From Octopus bimaculoides (Eukaryota): a stretch of DNA of 64,000 bases. The position numbers were made by a program, and so were the translations under genes. Below are positions 24,661 to 35,899 of this stretch, one piece after another (the stretch's first letter is position 1; the number at the start of each line of letters is the position of its first letter). Below the pieces are notes generated by a model that searched no databases, was not told the origin of the DNA, and worked only from the letters and a program-made list of their open reading frames with translations. The stretch is taken from the NCBI RefSeq assembly GCF_001194135.2, contig NC_068990.1, forward strand, positions 17,924,175-17,988,174, given 5' to 3'.

Positions 24661-24788
24661 TATATTAATTTTCTGTATACACATTAGCGATTTGTAAAAT
24701 CATCCATAGATTTCAATGACAAAAACACATTAACTGACAGAGAATTAAGTCTGGAATCTACTGAAGTCAAGCCAGTTCTTATTAACAA

Positions 24789-24842
<54 letters not shown>

Positions 24843-24846
<4 letters not shown>

Positions 24847-25741
24847 GAGGCACCTAAAAGTAACTGGAAATGTTCTCTATGGGACAAACCCATTGTAGTT
24901 CAGGTTTTCGCTGCTAGAAGCCACTTGATGTGACCCTCAGGCTGCTGACTTGCATTGTCTAGTGAAGTCGTAATGCCATGTGGTGTGTCTTTGTTTTGCA
25001 GTGCTTCTCTCCTGTTCATTGATTTTTGCAACAGTTGAAAAGAAGGAACAACATGCTTCCTTGAAATTCTGTTTTCTGCAGAGGAAAACAGCAGCTGAAA
25101 CAATTGTCATGCTTCAAACAGCTTATAAGGACATTGCCATGAGCAAAACACAAGCTTATGGGTGGTTTCCATGCTTTAGGAATGGTCACTTGATGCTTGA
25201 AGACCAACCTTGTTCATGGTGATCATCAATCTCCCAGATGAATGAAAACATCATGAAAATTCATGAAGTGACCTTGGAGGACCATCGCCGAATGACTGAC
25301 AAACTTGTTGATATGACTGATGTGTCTTGGAGCTCCTGCTAATGAATTTTGAGTGAGGAATTGCAAATGTATAGAGTTGCAGCAAAATTTGTGCCCCACT
25401 TGCTCCTGGAAAATCAAAAGCAATCACGACTGAATGCATGTTTTGAACTGAAAGAACAGTTGGAAGTTGATCAGGACCTTTTTATGAAGGTCCTCACAGG
25501 TGACAAAAGCTGGTGCTATGGAATTTGCAGATGTGGAAAAGATGAAGAAAAAAATGATGGAGGCATTAAAAGGTATCACTTTGCAAAACTTCCAGCACTG
25601 CTTCAAATAGCAAAAAATGTGTCTGGACCAAAGCATTGCTTCAAATGGAGAATACTTTGAAGGTGATAAAAGCGTAAACATGTAAAACTAAATGAATAAA
25701 GTAATATTGCAAAATTCCAGTTTCTTTTTGGTACCTCCTCA
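24843..25741 (+). mobile_element. Internally deleted mariner-like transposon
   Basis: TIRs tgaggaggcacctaaaagtaactggaa and ttccagtttctttttggtacctcctca with TA flanks. EQHASLKFCF..KTAAETIVMLQTAY..MSKTQAYGWF (HTH), VAAKFVPHLL and VLTGDKSW. Confidence 0.85.
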
Positions 25742-25744
25742 TAT

Positions 25745-25905
25745 ATATGATAGGCTTCTTTCAGTTTCTATTTAACCAAGTTCACTCACAAGGATTTGGT
25801 TGGCCCAAGGCTTATAGTAGAAGACACTTGCTTAAGGTGGGACTGAACTTAGGACCATGTGGTTGGAAAGCAAACTTTTTACCATACAGCCATGCCTGTG
25901 CCTAA
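25745..25905 (-). mobile_element. SINE family A 5' part
   Basis: Reverse complement of the family A head (ggaccatgtggttggaaagcaaactttttaccatacagcc). Confidence 0.65.
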
Positions 25906-26079
25906 AGAAAAAAATGATTTAATACATTTTCAAACTACAAGGAACCTAGATTGTGATACTGGCTCACCACTGATGTAGCATCTGCTGTTTATTCTTGTTT
26001 TCCTATTCTCAAAGGTTTTTTTTTGCCTCTTTGAAAGACACATTTATCTCTTGATACACTGTTGCTTATCTTTTATCTT

Positions 26080-26420
26080 TTACTTGTTTCAGTCATTGGA
26101 CATTGTCTATGCTGGGGTACTGTCTCGAAGGGTTTTAGTCAAACAAATCAACCACAGTACTTATTATTTTTTAAGCTCGGCATTTATTCTATCAATTTCT
26201 TTTGCTAAACTACTAAGTTACAGAGACATAAATGAATTAACACCAGTCATCAAGCAATGTTGGGTACAAACAAATACACACACACATATGCATGATGGGC
26301 TTCAACAGTTTCCATCTACTAAATTCACTCGCATGGCATTAGTCAGTTTGGGGCAATAATACAAGATATTTGCTCAAGGTACCACACAAAAGGACTGAAT
26401 CCAAGATCACATGGCTGTAA
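26080..26420 (-). mobile_element. SINE family A copy
   Basis: tttacttgtttcagtcatt...gatgggcttcaacagtttccatctactaaattcactc, CpG-decayed. Confidence 0.6.
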
Positions 26421-27119
26421 ATGATAAAATATTGAAGATAATCTCTATAAAGGGCTGTGGTCTGGAGTTCTTATAATTCAGTGAGTAAACCGATCCACTG
26501 ATCAAACAATTGGGACAGTCGTTGATGTGTGCTTGCGTGTGAACATGATCCTGGAAATAACACTTATAACCAAAGATGACGTGAGCAATAGCTATGTATT
26601 GCTTTTGAACTATTCAAATTCAAATTTTGGCACTAGTATACAACACTGACAATAGACTGACTTTTAGTATGAAATACTTTCATTCGATAAACCCTGTGAT
26701 ACAATGACACTTGCTCAACAGTGTACTTTTTACATCTTACTCCTTACATTATAAAAAGAATTCATGACTGAAATGAACAATAAACCTCTAAGTAACCTTT
26801 ATTAATTAACTATCCTTACAAAAACTGACAGTTATCATCCATTATGTTTAATTCGGTGTTAAACATTAAAGCTTTTACACGGTCCAAAAAAGATGAACAC
26901 CATGCTGGATTTACTTGTTGTTTTAACTCCAAGTCATCCCTAATCCTGTAGGCTTACAGTCAAATGTGTTCTTTCATAAATAATGTATGTTTATATTGTG
27001 TAACTATATTATACAGTTTTCTCTTTTGAAATTGTTGTCAGAGCCTATAAGATGGGGAAGGTCAAATGGTACACAGGTTGGGCCCTGAAGGTCATGGGAG
27101 TGCCTGCAAATATTTAATA

Positions 27120-27395
27120 GTTCCCCACCCTGGAGAAAAACTATAAGACTCACAGTGCTTTCCTTTGCATTGTTTTACAAAGGTTCTAGTAGCTTATGTG
27201 GAATAGTAATAATGCAGGTGGGGGAAGGGTCAGCTAATACAAAGATTAGGGCTGTCATAAGAGCTATGGAGGGGGCCCATGAATAACTAATAATTCCCCT
27301 CCTTGAAGGAGAAAATACTAAACTCACAGTGCTTTCCTTTGCATTATTTAACAACAGTTCCAGTAGCTTATGTGAAGAAATAATAATGCAGTACA
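27120..27395. repeat. ~174-bp tandem duplication
   Basis: actcacagtgctttcctttgcatt..agtagcttatgtg..aataatgcag at ~27147 and ~27321. Confidence 0.7.
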
Positions 27396-27496
27396 CAAGT
27401 TTTGTAACTGTGTACTAACAAAGATGTTTGTTTATATTTATATACAAGTAGTTGTGCATTTAGCTTTATAGTGTCGAAATTTGTGGATGAAATTGT

Positions 27497-27570
27497 CAGT
27501 GAGCAGTTTAGCTTAATGGTAATGCACTCGGCTGGGGGGATGTGGGTTCGAGTCCCATGGCTGTTTGTTG
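27497..27570 (+). other. tRNA-like SINE head (degenerate)
   Basis: tagcttaatggt (A-box-like) and gggttcgagtccc (B-box). No complete cloverleaf. An A-rich tail lies ~80 bp downstream. Confidence 0.4.
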
Positions 27571-27871
27571 AAAAATTTTTCCACTTTGTAAGGGTAACTT
27601 ACCCAATATTTCTGCTGTTCTAACAGCATTTCTGCATTCGAAAAAAAAAAAAAAAAAATCATCTAATTGTATCGTACTATATACAGACGTTTATATAAAA
27701 AAAAAGTGTTTGTTCATATTTACACACACACACACACGTATATATGAAAATACATACATACGCATGTATGTGTATGTGTCTCTTTGTTTTTATGTCTTGT
27801 GATTGTTGTAAATGAATATTATTTACATTATTTACATTCAATGGATATTTGTCCTCATCTTGTTTGTTGTT

Positions 27872-27917
27872 AACACAATGTTTCGGCTGATATACCCTCC
27901 AGCCTTCTTCAGGTGTC
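27872..27917 (-). ncRNA. Minimal type I hammerhead ribozyme motif (PLE-associated)
   Basis: gacac CUGAAGA a ggcug-loop-cagcc GAAA cauu guguu. Stems I and II pair. The stem III palindrome ACGU is altered to ACAU. Confidence 0.65.
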
Positions 27918-28270
27918 TTGGGGAAATTTCGAACCTGGGTTCTCATTCCAAAGGTATTTATTTTCCCATGTTATTATTATTTTTGTTCAGGTCAATGCTT
28001 AGAATCGAATTCGGAATCTGGGGGGTTAGTAGCCCGCGCTCTTAACCACTACGCCATATGCCTGTGGGCAATTATGGAGTGAATTTTAGGGCTTATAAAT
28101 CTAATATTTTTCTATCCTTCCTTAATACTGGTTCCCATATGCTACTCATATCTGAACTCAGTCTGCTTAGGAGGTTGTTGTGTCCTAGCATATGTGCTGC
28201 TTCTTTTAGTTTTCGTATTTTCCAGTGGTGTTCTCTGTCTATTATTTTAACTTCATCCCAATTTCCCCAA

Positions 28271-28316
28271 GACACCTGAAGAAGGCTGGAGGGTATATCA
28301 GCCGAAATGTTGTGTT
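28271..28316 (+). ncRNA. Minimal type I hammerhead ribozyme motif (inverted second copy)
   Basis: gacac CUGAAGA a ggcug-gaggguauau-cagcc GAAA uguu guguu. Stem III is altered to AUGU. Confidence 0.65.
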
Positions 28317-28995
28317 AACAACAGACAAGATGAGGACAAATATCCGGTGAATGTAAATAATGTACATAATTCCTCATCTCTTAAATATAGAACTGTTGTA
28401 AATGAATGTTATTCATTTCCAATATTCTGTGAAAATATGTATGGCCATGGGCAAATATTACTTTGCTTGTAAATAGGTAAGGATGAATGACAAGAAAAGC
28501 ATCCAACTATTGAAAACCTGTCTCAATAAACTTCATCTGATCCAAGAAAGCATGGAAAAGTGGATGTTGAAAAAATGACAATGACAAGGAACACAGTCAT
28601 TCATATCAACAGCTGGTTAATGAGACCACAATAGTTAATCTCTATGTGGTTCCATATCGCTCTTATATTTACAACCTTCCGTCTTAAAAACAGAGGCAAC
28701 CCAATCTACAAGATGGAATGATGACGACTAGAATAATTCTTGGTCTTTGGCTTGAGATTAAAGAACAATATCAACAACAGTAGGACAATGGGCAAGTGTT
28801 GTGATCCAGTAATTTTTTTATGCTATATGCAGAAGGAGGACATTGACCCAGTGTACAACTGGTACTTATTTCATCAACCCCGAAAGGATGAAAGGCAATA
28901 TCGATCTTCGTGGCATTTGAACTCAGAACATAAAGAGAGTATTCACTTTACTTCCCCTGTTATATAAACTCTTCTTTTATCCCAATTTCGGATAA

Positions 28996-29393
28996 GAGTG
29001 GCTGTGTGGTAAGTAGCTTGGTCACCAACCACATGGTTCCGGGTTCAGTCCCACTGCGTGGCACCTTCGGCAAGTGTCTTCTACTATAGCCTCGGGCCGG
29101 CCAAAGCCTTGTGAGTGGATTTGGTAGACGGAAACTGAAAGAAGCCCGTTGTATATATGCATATGTATATATATGTGCATTTGTTTGTGTGTCTGTGCTT
29201 GTCCCTGCAACATCGCTTGACAACCGATGCTGGTGTGCTTACGTCACCGTAACTTAGTGGTTCGGCAAAAGAGACCGATAGAATAAGTACTAGGCTTACA
29301 AAGAATAAATCCTGGGGTCGATTTGCTCGACTAAAGGCGGTGCTCCAGCACGGCCGAAGTCAAATGACTGAAACAAGTAAGAGAATAAGAGAG
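28996..29393 (+). mobile_element. Near-complete tRNA-derived SINE family A (CORE-like)
   Basis: A-box tggctgtgtgg, B-box gggttcagtccc, CORE-like ccttcggcaag, central (TA/TG)n, tail caaatgactgaaacaagtaagag. CpGs are retained. Confidence 0.85.
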
Positions 29394-29539
29394 TATCCGC
29401 ATTCTCAACAACTCCTGATCATTGCAAATATTAAACGGAATTCACCTAATCTTTTCGTAAAACAATTAAATTGGTGTTTTGTCCCTGACGGCCAGTGGGT
29501 TATTTTTGAGCGTATAACTACAGTTTGGGTGAAATTTTT

Positions 29540-30240
29540 AAGAGATACATTTGAGATGGTGTATATTATGATTGTTTCTGAAAAAACTGTAAAAAGTTTG
29601 GAGGAGTTTTGGATAATTCTCCTACCCACGGACTTCGTTTCGTCATAACTTTCTTAAAAACGCTTATATTTTTAGTATTTTTCCAGATACACTTCAAATG
29701 GGGTTGATTACGGTTATGTCAGGAAAAGTTGTGAAGAAAATATCTTTGGAGGAGTTTCAGATAATTTCCACTCTCTCAACAGAGATGTATTTTAGACGAA
29801 GTAGATTACAATTATGTCCGAAAAATTGTGAAAAACAGTTTATTTGGTCAATTTTCTGATAATTATCATCCTCTCGACTTTGTTTCCTCATAACTCTTTT
29901 ACAAATGCACATTTTCCAATGACAATTTCTAGATATACTTTTGGTGAAGTAGATTACGATTATATTAAAAAAAAAAAAAAAAAGGCGATTGAGTTTTGGA
30001 TGATTTTCCACTCTCCTGACTTAGTTTTCTCATACCTTTTTAAAACATGTTTAGTTTTAAGTGAAAGTTTTTAGAGATACATTTTAAACGGAGTAGATTA
30101 CAGTTATGTGAGGTAAAAAACTGTTGAAAAAATATTTTTAGATCATCACCCCACTCAACTAGATTTTGTTAAATGCATATTTTTAATGGAAATTTTCTGA
30201 GATAAATTTCCGATGCTGTAGAGTACGATTGATTTCTTTA
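29540..30240. repeat. Degenerate tandem repeat, ~6 units of ~100-150 bp
   Basis: The motif agata(c/t)a..tt....g.agtagattac.(g/a)ttat recurs at ~29543, 29686, 29782, 29931, 30075 and 30201. Confidence 0.65.
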
Positions 30241-30924
30241 AAAAAGCATTTATCAAAATACTCAGAATTTAAAAAATCGAAAACGTAAATTCAGAAAATT
30301 TTATTTGAAAAAAAAAACAAAATAATAATATGCATTTTACAAAGGCAGTTGGATGGTGTGGTTAGTGATGGTGAAAAAGTCCTGAAAAGAATTTTTTTTC
30401 AGTTTTGCAACTAGCATAATTATAACCTACATTAACTAAAATTTATATATGGAAAATTTAATCAATGAAAATAAGCATCTTAAAAGAAAGTTATAGGGAA
30501 ACAAATTAGTGTTGGGGGTCATACACCTGTCCGCTTTTTTTCAGACATCGTATGTCTTGAGCAGGGGTCGCAAACTTCTTAACTTTTGATATCATTGTCC
30601 TCCTCAGGGAATCGTTGATAGTTTATCGATTTTTCCATCATGTATATTTCTAAATTAGAATTAAAAGTAAAGTTTATTAAAATTTTCTTGATTATTGCTT
30701 TCTTTCGTTCTTTTGTGGCATTATCCCTTTTTGATAAGAAATGTTCAAAGAAATTTATCGAAAATACTAAACGAAACTGATAAAGAACAATAAAAATTCA
30801 GTCATATTTTATTGATATAATCGGAATAGTTAATGTTCATCGATTCCCTTAGACAGGCACTCCTCGGGGGATAATATTGGCTACCTTGTTGACCCCTAAT
30901 TTACCCAACATATTCTGTTAAACT

Positions 30925-33620
30925 TTCGGAAGAGCTGTCATACATAAATCGGAATTTTTCTGTCTTATCTTTTTTTACAGAATTTTCCCTTATTTTATAG
31001 TATCTTACATTTCAAAATACTTGGGGTGAAATTAAAAAAAAAAAAAATTTGTTTTTAAGTCCATGTTTTTCAAATGTCTCGTCAACCCCCGCCCTTCATC
31101 GTGCCTTCGGGACAGCAGCCACCACTAAAATGATTTCTCTTTTTTGTCTTTCTCATTATTTTTCGTCATTTTATAATATTTCACATACAGAACCACTTCT
31201 CATAGAATTGTAATTTGCATTAAAATAAAAAATAAAGACCATTTATAAAGGCTTCACCTGAGTTTTTTCCCACAGTGCTTGCATCATTATCGTCTGCTGC
31301 GAAGGCAGAGAGAAAAAAAGAGATTTTGTTCATCCAATTTTACTTTTCTTCAGTTAAAAATATTCTTTTCTACGTTTCAAACAAATGAAATTATGATTTT
31401 ATGGAAATTTCTTTCAAAATTCCAATCTTTTGTTTCTCACACATCCACTTGGAATAGCAACTGTCAGAGAGAACCTTGTCCCAGAGTCTGGAAAATTTTC
31501 TAAGTGATTCTTACTTTAAGGTGGACGGTCTTATCGAGAAATACTAAAGTGAGAAAGTTTGGAGAGGGGATAAATGGATGACATCGACATCAGGACTCAA
31601 CTTGTACTTATTTTATCGACCCTGAAGGGATGAAAGACAAAAGTTGACCTCGGTGGCATTTGAACTCCCGCACAGAAGAATAAGGTGTCTTTGTGAAGTT
31701 ATTCAAAGTAAATACAGTGGTCAAAATCAGGTAAGTTTTAATAAATTCTTTTTCTTTTAACTCATTTCATTTTTATGCCTTATAGAAAAAAAATCCCAAA
31801 AGTTTTCACAGAATAGTAAAGTTTAAAAAAAAGTATTGATGAAAATTAAATTTTGAAAATATTTTTCAAGAATGGAATATTAATTTCAAGAGGAAGGGTA
31901 AAAGAGAANNNNNNNNNNNNNNNNNNNNNNNNNNNNNNNNNNNNNNNNNNNNNNNNNNNNNNNNNNNNNNNNNNNNNNNNNNNNNNNNNNNNNNNNNNNN
32001 NNNNNNNNNNNNNNNNNNNNNNNNNNNNNNNNNNNNNNNNNNNNNNNNNNNNNNNNNNNNNNNNNNNNNNNNNNNNNNNNNNNNNNNNNNNNNNNNNNNN
32101 NNNNNNNNNNNNNNNNNNNNNNNNNNNNNNNNNNNNNNNNNNNNNNNNNNNNNNNNNNNNNNNNNNNNNNNNNNNNNNNNNNNNNNNNNNNNNNNNNNNN
32201 NNNNNNNNNNNNNNNNNNNNNNNNNNNNNNNNNNNNNNNNNNAAAGCAAATTTCGAGTATTTAATGAGTGTCGAGAAGTGTTAAGTGTTGAGAAGTGTTT
32301 CAGAGTATTCGATATAATAACAAAAAAACAAAACAAACAAACCCAAACCCTATTTTAATCATAAAAACAATGCTGAAGGTGAAGAGGGCAGAAGTGTTTA
32401 CGAATTTTTTCTCTCTAAAAATACAGCAAGGTGTTTCAAAATGTGGAATATAATAAAATAAACGGGGGGAGGGGGGAATCACTTTTGTGTCGTCTGCTGC
32501 TCGGAAGGCATGATGAGGCGAAATGGGAAGACACGATGATGCGAGCTAGAGGCTCGAAAAAATAGATTAAAAAAAAAAAAATCTTTAGAAAGTTTTCCCT
32601 TAACTGTTTTGAAATGTGGGATATTAAAAAACTGTAGAGGAATCCCGAGGGAAACGGAGAAATTCCTATTTAAGTGGGACAGTTATTTCGAAAGTACGCC
32701 ATACTCCAAAATTTTGTGTCAGCTGTTGTTCGGAAGGCACGAATGAGTGGTAATAGGCGAAATATTGAAAAACATGAAACTAAAATAAAAGAAAAGAAAC
32801 TTTAAAAAGTTTGCCTCAAACTGTTTTGAAATGTGGGATACTAAAAACTGTGGAAATATCTCGAAAGGAACAGAAATTCCGATTTATGTAGGACACAAAA
32901 TTCCACATTGTGTACGAGAGAGAAAAATATGGATTTGATAAGTCCTTTTTAAAAAGTGAAAAACTGTTTTGAAATGTGGGATAATACGAAATAGGGAAAA
33001 ATCCCGGTAAATTTTCAGATTAACACCCGCACGATTTTCGCTAGGGTGTTAGGGTTAGGGTTTTAGGGTTAGGGTTAGTTTTAGGGTTAGGGTTAGAGTT
33101 AGGGTTACGGTTAGGGACGGAATTCCCTAACCCTAACCCTGACCCTAAAACCCTAACCCTAACACCCTAGTGAAAATCATGCGGGTGTTAATCTGAAAAT
33201 TTACCAAAATCCCTCAAAGAAATGGAGTAATTCCGACTTTTGAGGGATAGCTATTCCGAAAGTGTACAAAAAAAAAATGTGTTAGCTGCTGCTTGGAAGG
33301 CACAAGGATGGTTGGGGGAAAATACTTGAAAAACATGGATTATTAAAAAAGTAATTTAAAAAAAGCTTGCCCATGATTATTTTGAAAGGCGTCATGAGAG
33401 ACGTTGGAAAACAGATTTTTGAAAAGAAAAAAAAAAAACATTTAAAAAAAGTCTGCTTTCAAATGTGGGAAAATCTCTTCTCCCATCCCCGAAAAAAAAA
33501 GGGAGAAATTTTGATTTATATGAGACAGCTGTTCCGAAAATTCACCCACGTTCTTCCCTTTAATTTTGGTTATGTATTTTAAAAGATGGCAATGTGTTAT
33601 TTGAATGAGAGGAAGACAGT
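30925..33620. repeat. Degenerate ~200-bp satellite-like units in both orientations, spanning an N-gap
   Basis: aactgttttgaaatgtggga, gctg.t..cggaaggca and aaattccgattta recur on + at 32.4-33.6 kb and as reverse complement at 30.9-31.15 kb. Confidence 0.6.
33006..33205. mobile_element. 200-bp foldback element with telomeric-repeat arms, Merlin-like ends
   Basis: Arms ggtaaattttcagattaacacccgc..(ttaggg)n and (ccctaa)n..gcgggtgttaatctgaaaatttacc, with an 8-bp TSD aaaatccc (32998-33005 and 33206-33213). Confidence 0.85.
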
Positions 33621-33779
33621 CACAAGAAGAAAAAAAAGTCACAGAAAACCTTCAATGAATGAATTATTTTTGTTTCATCTTTTCTGTTAAGGCATTAAAC
33701 AAAAGGTGATTAAAAAAAAATCCTTTTCCCTATGTCCGTATATAAATTGTGTTGCCGTTAGGTATCGAATGCAAGGCGA

Positions 33780-33970
33780 TGTACTGGCAGAACCGTTAGC
33801 ATGCCGGACAAAATGCCACTAAGAATTTCGTTCGTCTCTACATTCTGAGTTCAAATTCTGCCGAGGTCGACTTTGCCTTTCACCCTTTCGAGGCCAATGA
33901 AATAAAGAGTTAGCCGAGTACTGGGGTCGATGTATTCAACTTGCTTCTACCCTCAAAATTGTTGACCTCA
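33780..33970 (+). mobile_element. SINE family B copy
   Basis: ctggcagaaccgttagcatgccgg..ttctgagttcaaattctgccgaggtcgactttgcctttc. Confidence 0.75.
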
Positions 33971-34309
33971 GACATATCAATTCAAAAGCGATTCAAAACG
34001 CGTTTAATACCTTTTTTTTTTTTCGAGTATGCATTATATTTAAACATATGACTTTTTTCAAATTTTAATTAGCGATTTTATCTGCCTATTAAGGTTTTTT
34101 TCTCTGTAATTATTAAATATTTTTTGTTTTTGTGATTTGATTTTCATTTACTGAAGGCGATCTTGGCAGGTCGAACGAGTGACCGGTTAGAAAGAAGCTC
34201 CATAGCGACGTGAGTAAATTAGTTTATAAAACACAACACTTCTTGAGATAAAAGAAAGAAAACATGCTTAGTAAAGGTGTGAGGTGTATAATTAATGATA
34301 CGAACTCAC

Positions 34310-34491
34310 CTTTTAAAACTGAATTATATCATTAACGTCACTTTATACGTGTAGTGATATGAACGTCCGAAAACGTGCAAAGAAAAGCAGTTTTATATAT
34401 ATATCAGAAAAATGAAAGTATTAACGAAGCAGTATTAACGTCGACGGTTGCAACGACGTTGACAACAACAGTGATGTTCAAGTGAAGTATA
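34310..34491 (-). other. Candidate non-coding exon (5' UTR or lncRNA)
   Basis: Acceptor tttcgtcttattttaacag| and donor AAG|gtgagtt. Unique CpG-rich sequence with stops in all three frames. Confidence 0.35.
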
Positions 34492-35279
34492 CTGTTAAAA
34501 TAAGACGAAATGTTGAAATGCTACTCGAAATACACACACGCACACTACCCTCAATTTATTATGTTTATAGCTAACCAACAGACTACGACAAGTTGCTTCT
34601 GAATTAGCAATCAAAACATTTCGTGAAAGACTTCATGGTGATTAAAGAAAAACGCACAAAACCTAAACAAATGTAATTAAAGATAAATTTCTTTAATCAC
34701 TATCGTTCGTGCTTAGAGAAATTACAGTCTTTCAAAGGGGAAGTTTTAAGTGTCAAAATATTTAAGCTTAGTTGTGGTTTAAAAAAATGCTAACAGAACA
34801 AGGGACGTTACTACGAGAGAATATGCAAATCGAAGCTGGAGTAATCTCCCTTGAAATAAGTTAGCATTCTTAAGAAACGCGAGACTTTCAACAAGAAAGA
34901 ATTTGCAGCTTGTTTTTTGGTTTGTCTTAATCGATTGGTTTTATTTGTTATTAATGACCTCAGCTTGATCAGTGCGAAAATAAATCACTAGTTCAGTTTT
35001 CTTTCGGGAATCGTAAGTATTAATAGATTTCCCTTCAGTAGTGGTTCTCAGATTTATATTCATATTTTAGGCTCAAAATCCCTCTCTATTAATTTCGATG
35101 ACACATTAAATGAAATAAAAATTGTTTAGGAAAAGAATTTATTTATAAGATAATAAAAAAACAACATAATCAGAATTTGTTATTTTGAAAATGATGCACT
35201 GTCGTGTCAGTTTTGCTAACGCTGCTTCTGGAATATTGAGTTCTTCTAAAGTTATAAGATATTGAAAATATTCTTTACT

Positions 35280-35490
35280 ACTCTAGACACAAGGCTCGAA
35301 ATTGTGTGTATGTGTGTGGTGGTGGTGGTGGTGGTGGTAGTGGTCAATCGATTAGATTGACCTCAGTACGGAACTGGTACTTAATTTATCAACCCCGAAA
35401 GGATGAAAGGCAAAGTCAACCTCGACAGAATTTGAACTCAGAATGTAAAAACAGACAAAATACTGCCAAGCATTTCGCCAACCGTTACAA
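35280..35490 (-). mobile_element. SINE family B copy with (GGT)n insert
   Basis: ctggtacttaatttatcaaccccgaaaggatgaaaggcaaagtcaacctcg..atttgaactcagaa. Confidence 0.7.
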
Positions 35491-35839
35491 AATGTTATAT
35501 TTCGTTACATAACGTTACATTTTGTATAATGTACGAAATGTCTTGCCAGGTCTTCTCACACACAGCATATTTCCAAAAGTCTCGGTCACTAGTCATTGCT
35601 TCGGTGAGGCCTAATGTTTGAAGGTCATGCTTCACCATCTCATTCCAGGTCTTTCAGAGCATCCACCCCCGCTACTGACTTGGTTTCCTAGGTAACGAAA
35701 GCTATCAACTACTTCTAGTTTTTCTCCCTGGAATGTGACNNNNNNNNNNNNNNNNNNNNNNNNNNNNNNNNNNNNNNNNNNNNNNNNNNNNNNNNNNNNN
35801 NNNNNNNNNNNNNNNNNNNNNNNNNNNNNNNNNNNNNNN

Positions 35840-35873
<34 letters not shown>

Positions 35874-35899
35874 ATATATCTGTAAAGCCTTCTACAAGT

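Larger units (their letters stand above)
27818..28393 (-). mobile_element. 5'-truncated Penelope-like insertion with inverted terminal segments and a 14-bp TSD
   Basis: TSD tgttgtaaatgaat (27804-27817 and 28394-28407), ~110-bp inverted arms, and minus-strand WDEVKIIDREHHWKIRKLKEAAHM (PLE endonuclease C-terminal tail). Confidence 0.82.

Noticed and set aside
26430-26580. Unique block with open frames and splice-like signals on both strands
   Set aside because: I could not define a consistent acceptor-donor pair with a recognisable peptide.
2650-29060. tRNA-like sequences at ~2655, 27497, 27997-28060 and 28996 as tRNA genes
   Set aside because: Acceptor stems are incomplete and the sequences continue into repeat bodies, so these are SINE or PLE heads rather than functional tRNAs.
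33040-33170. Head-to-head (TTAGGG)n/(CCCTAA)n as a chromosome fusion site
   Set aside because: It is enclosed by unique inverted termini and an exact 8-bp TSD within a satellite unit, which indicates a transposon insertion.
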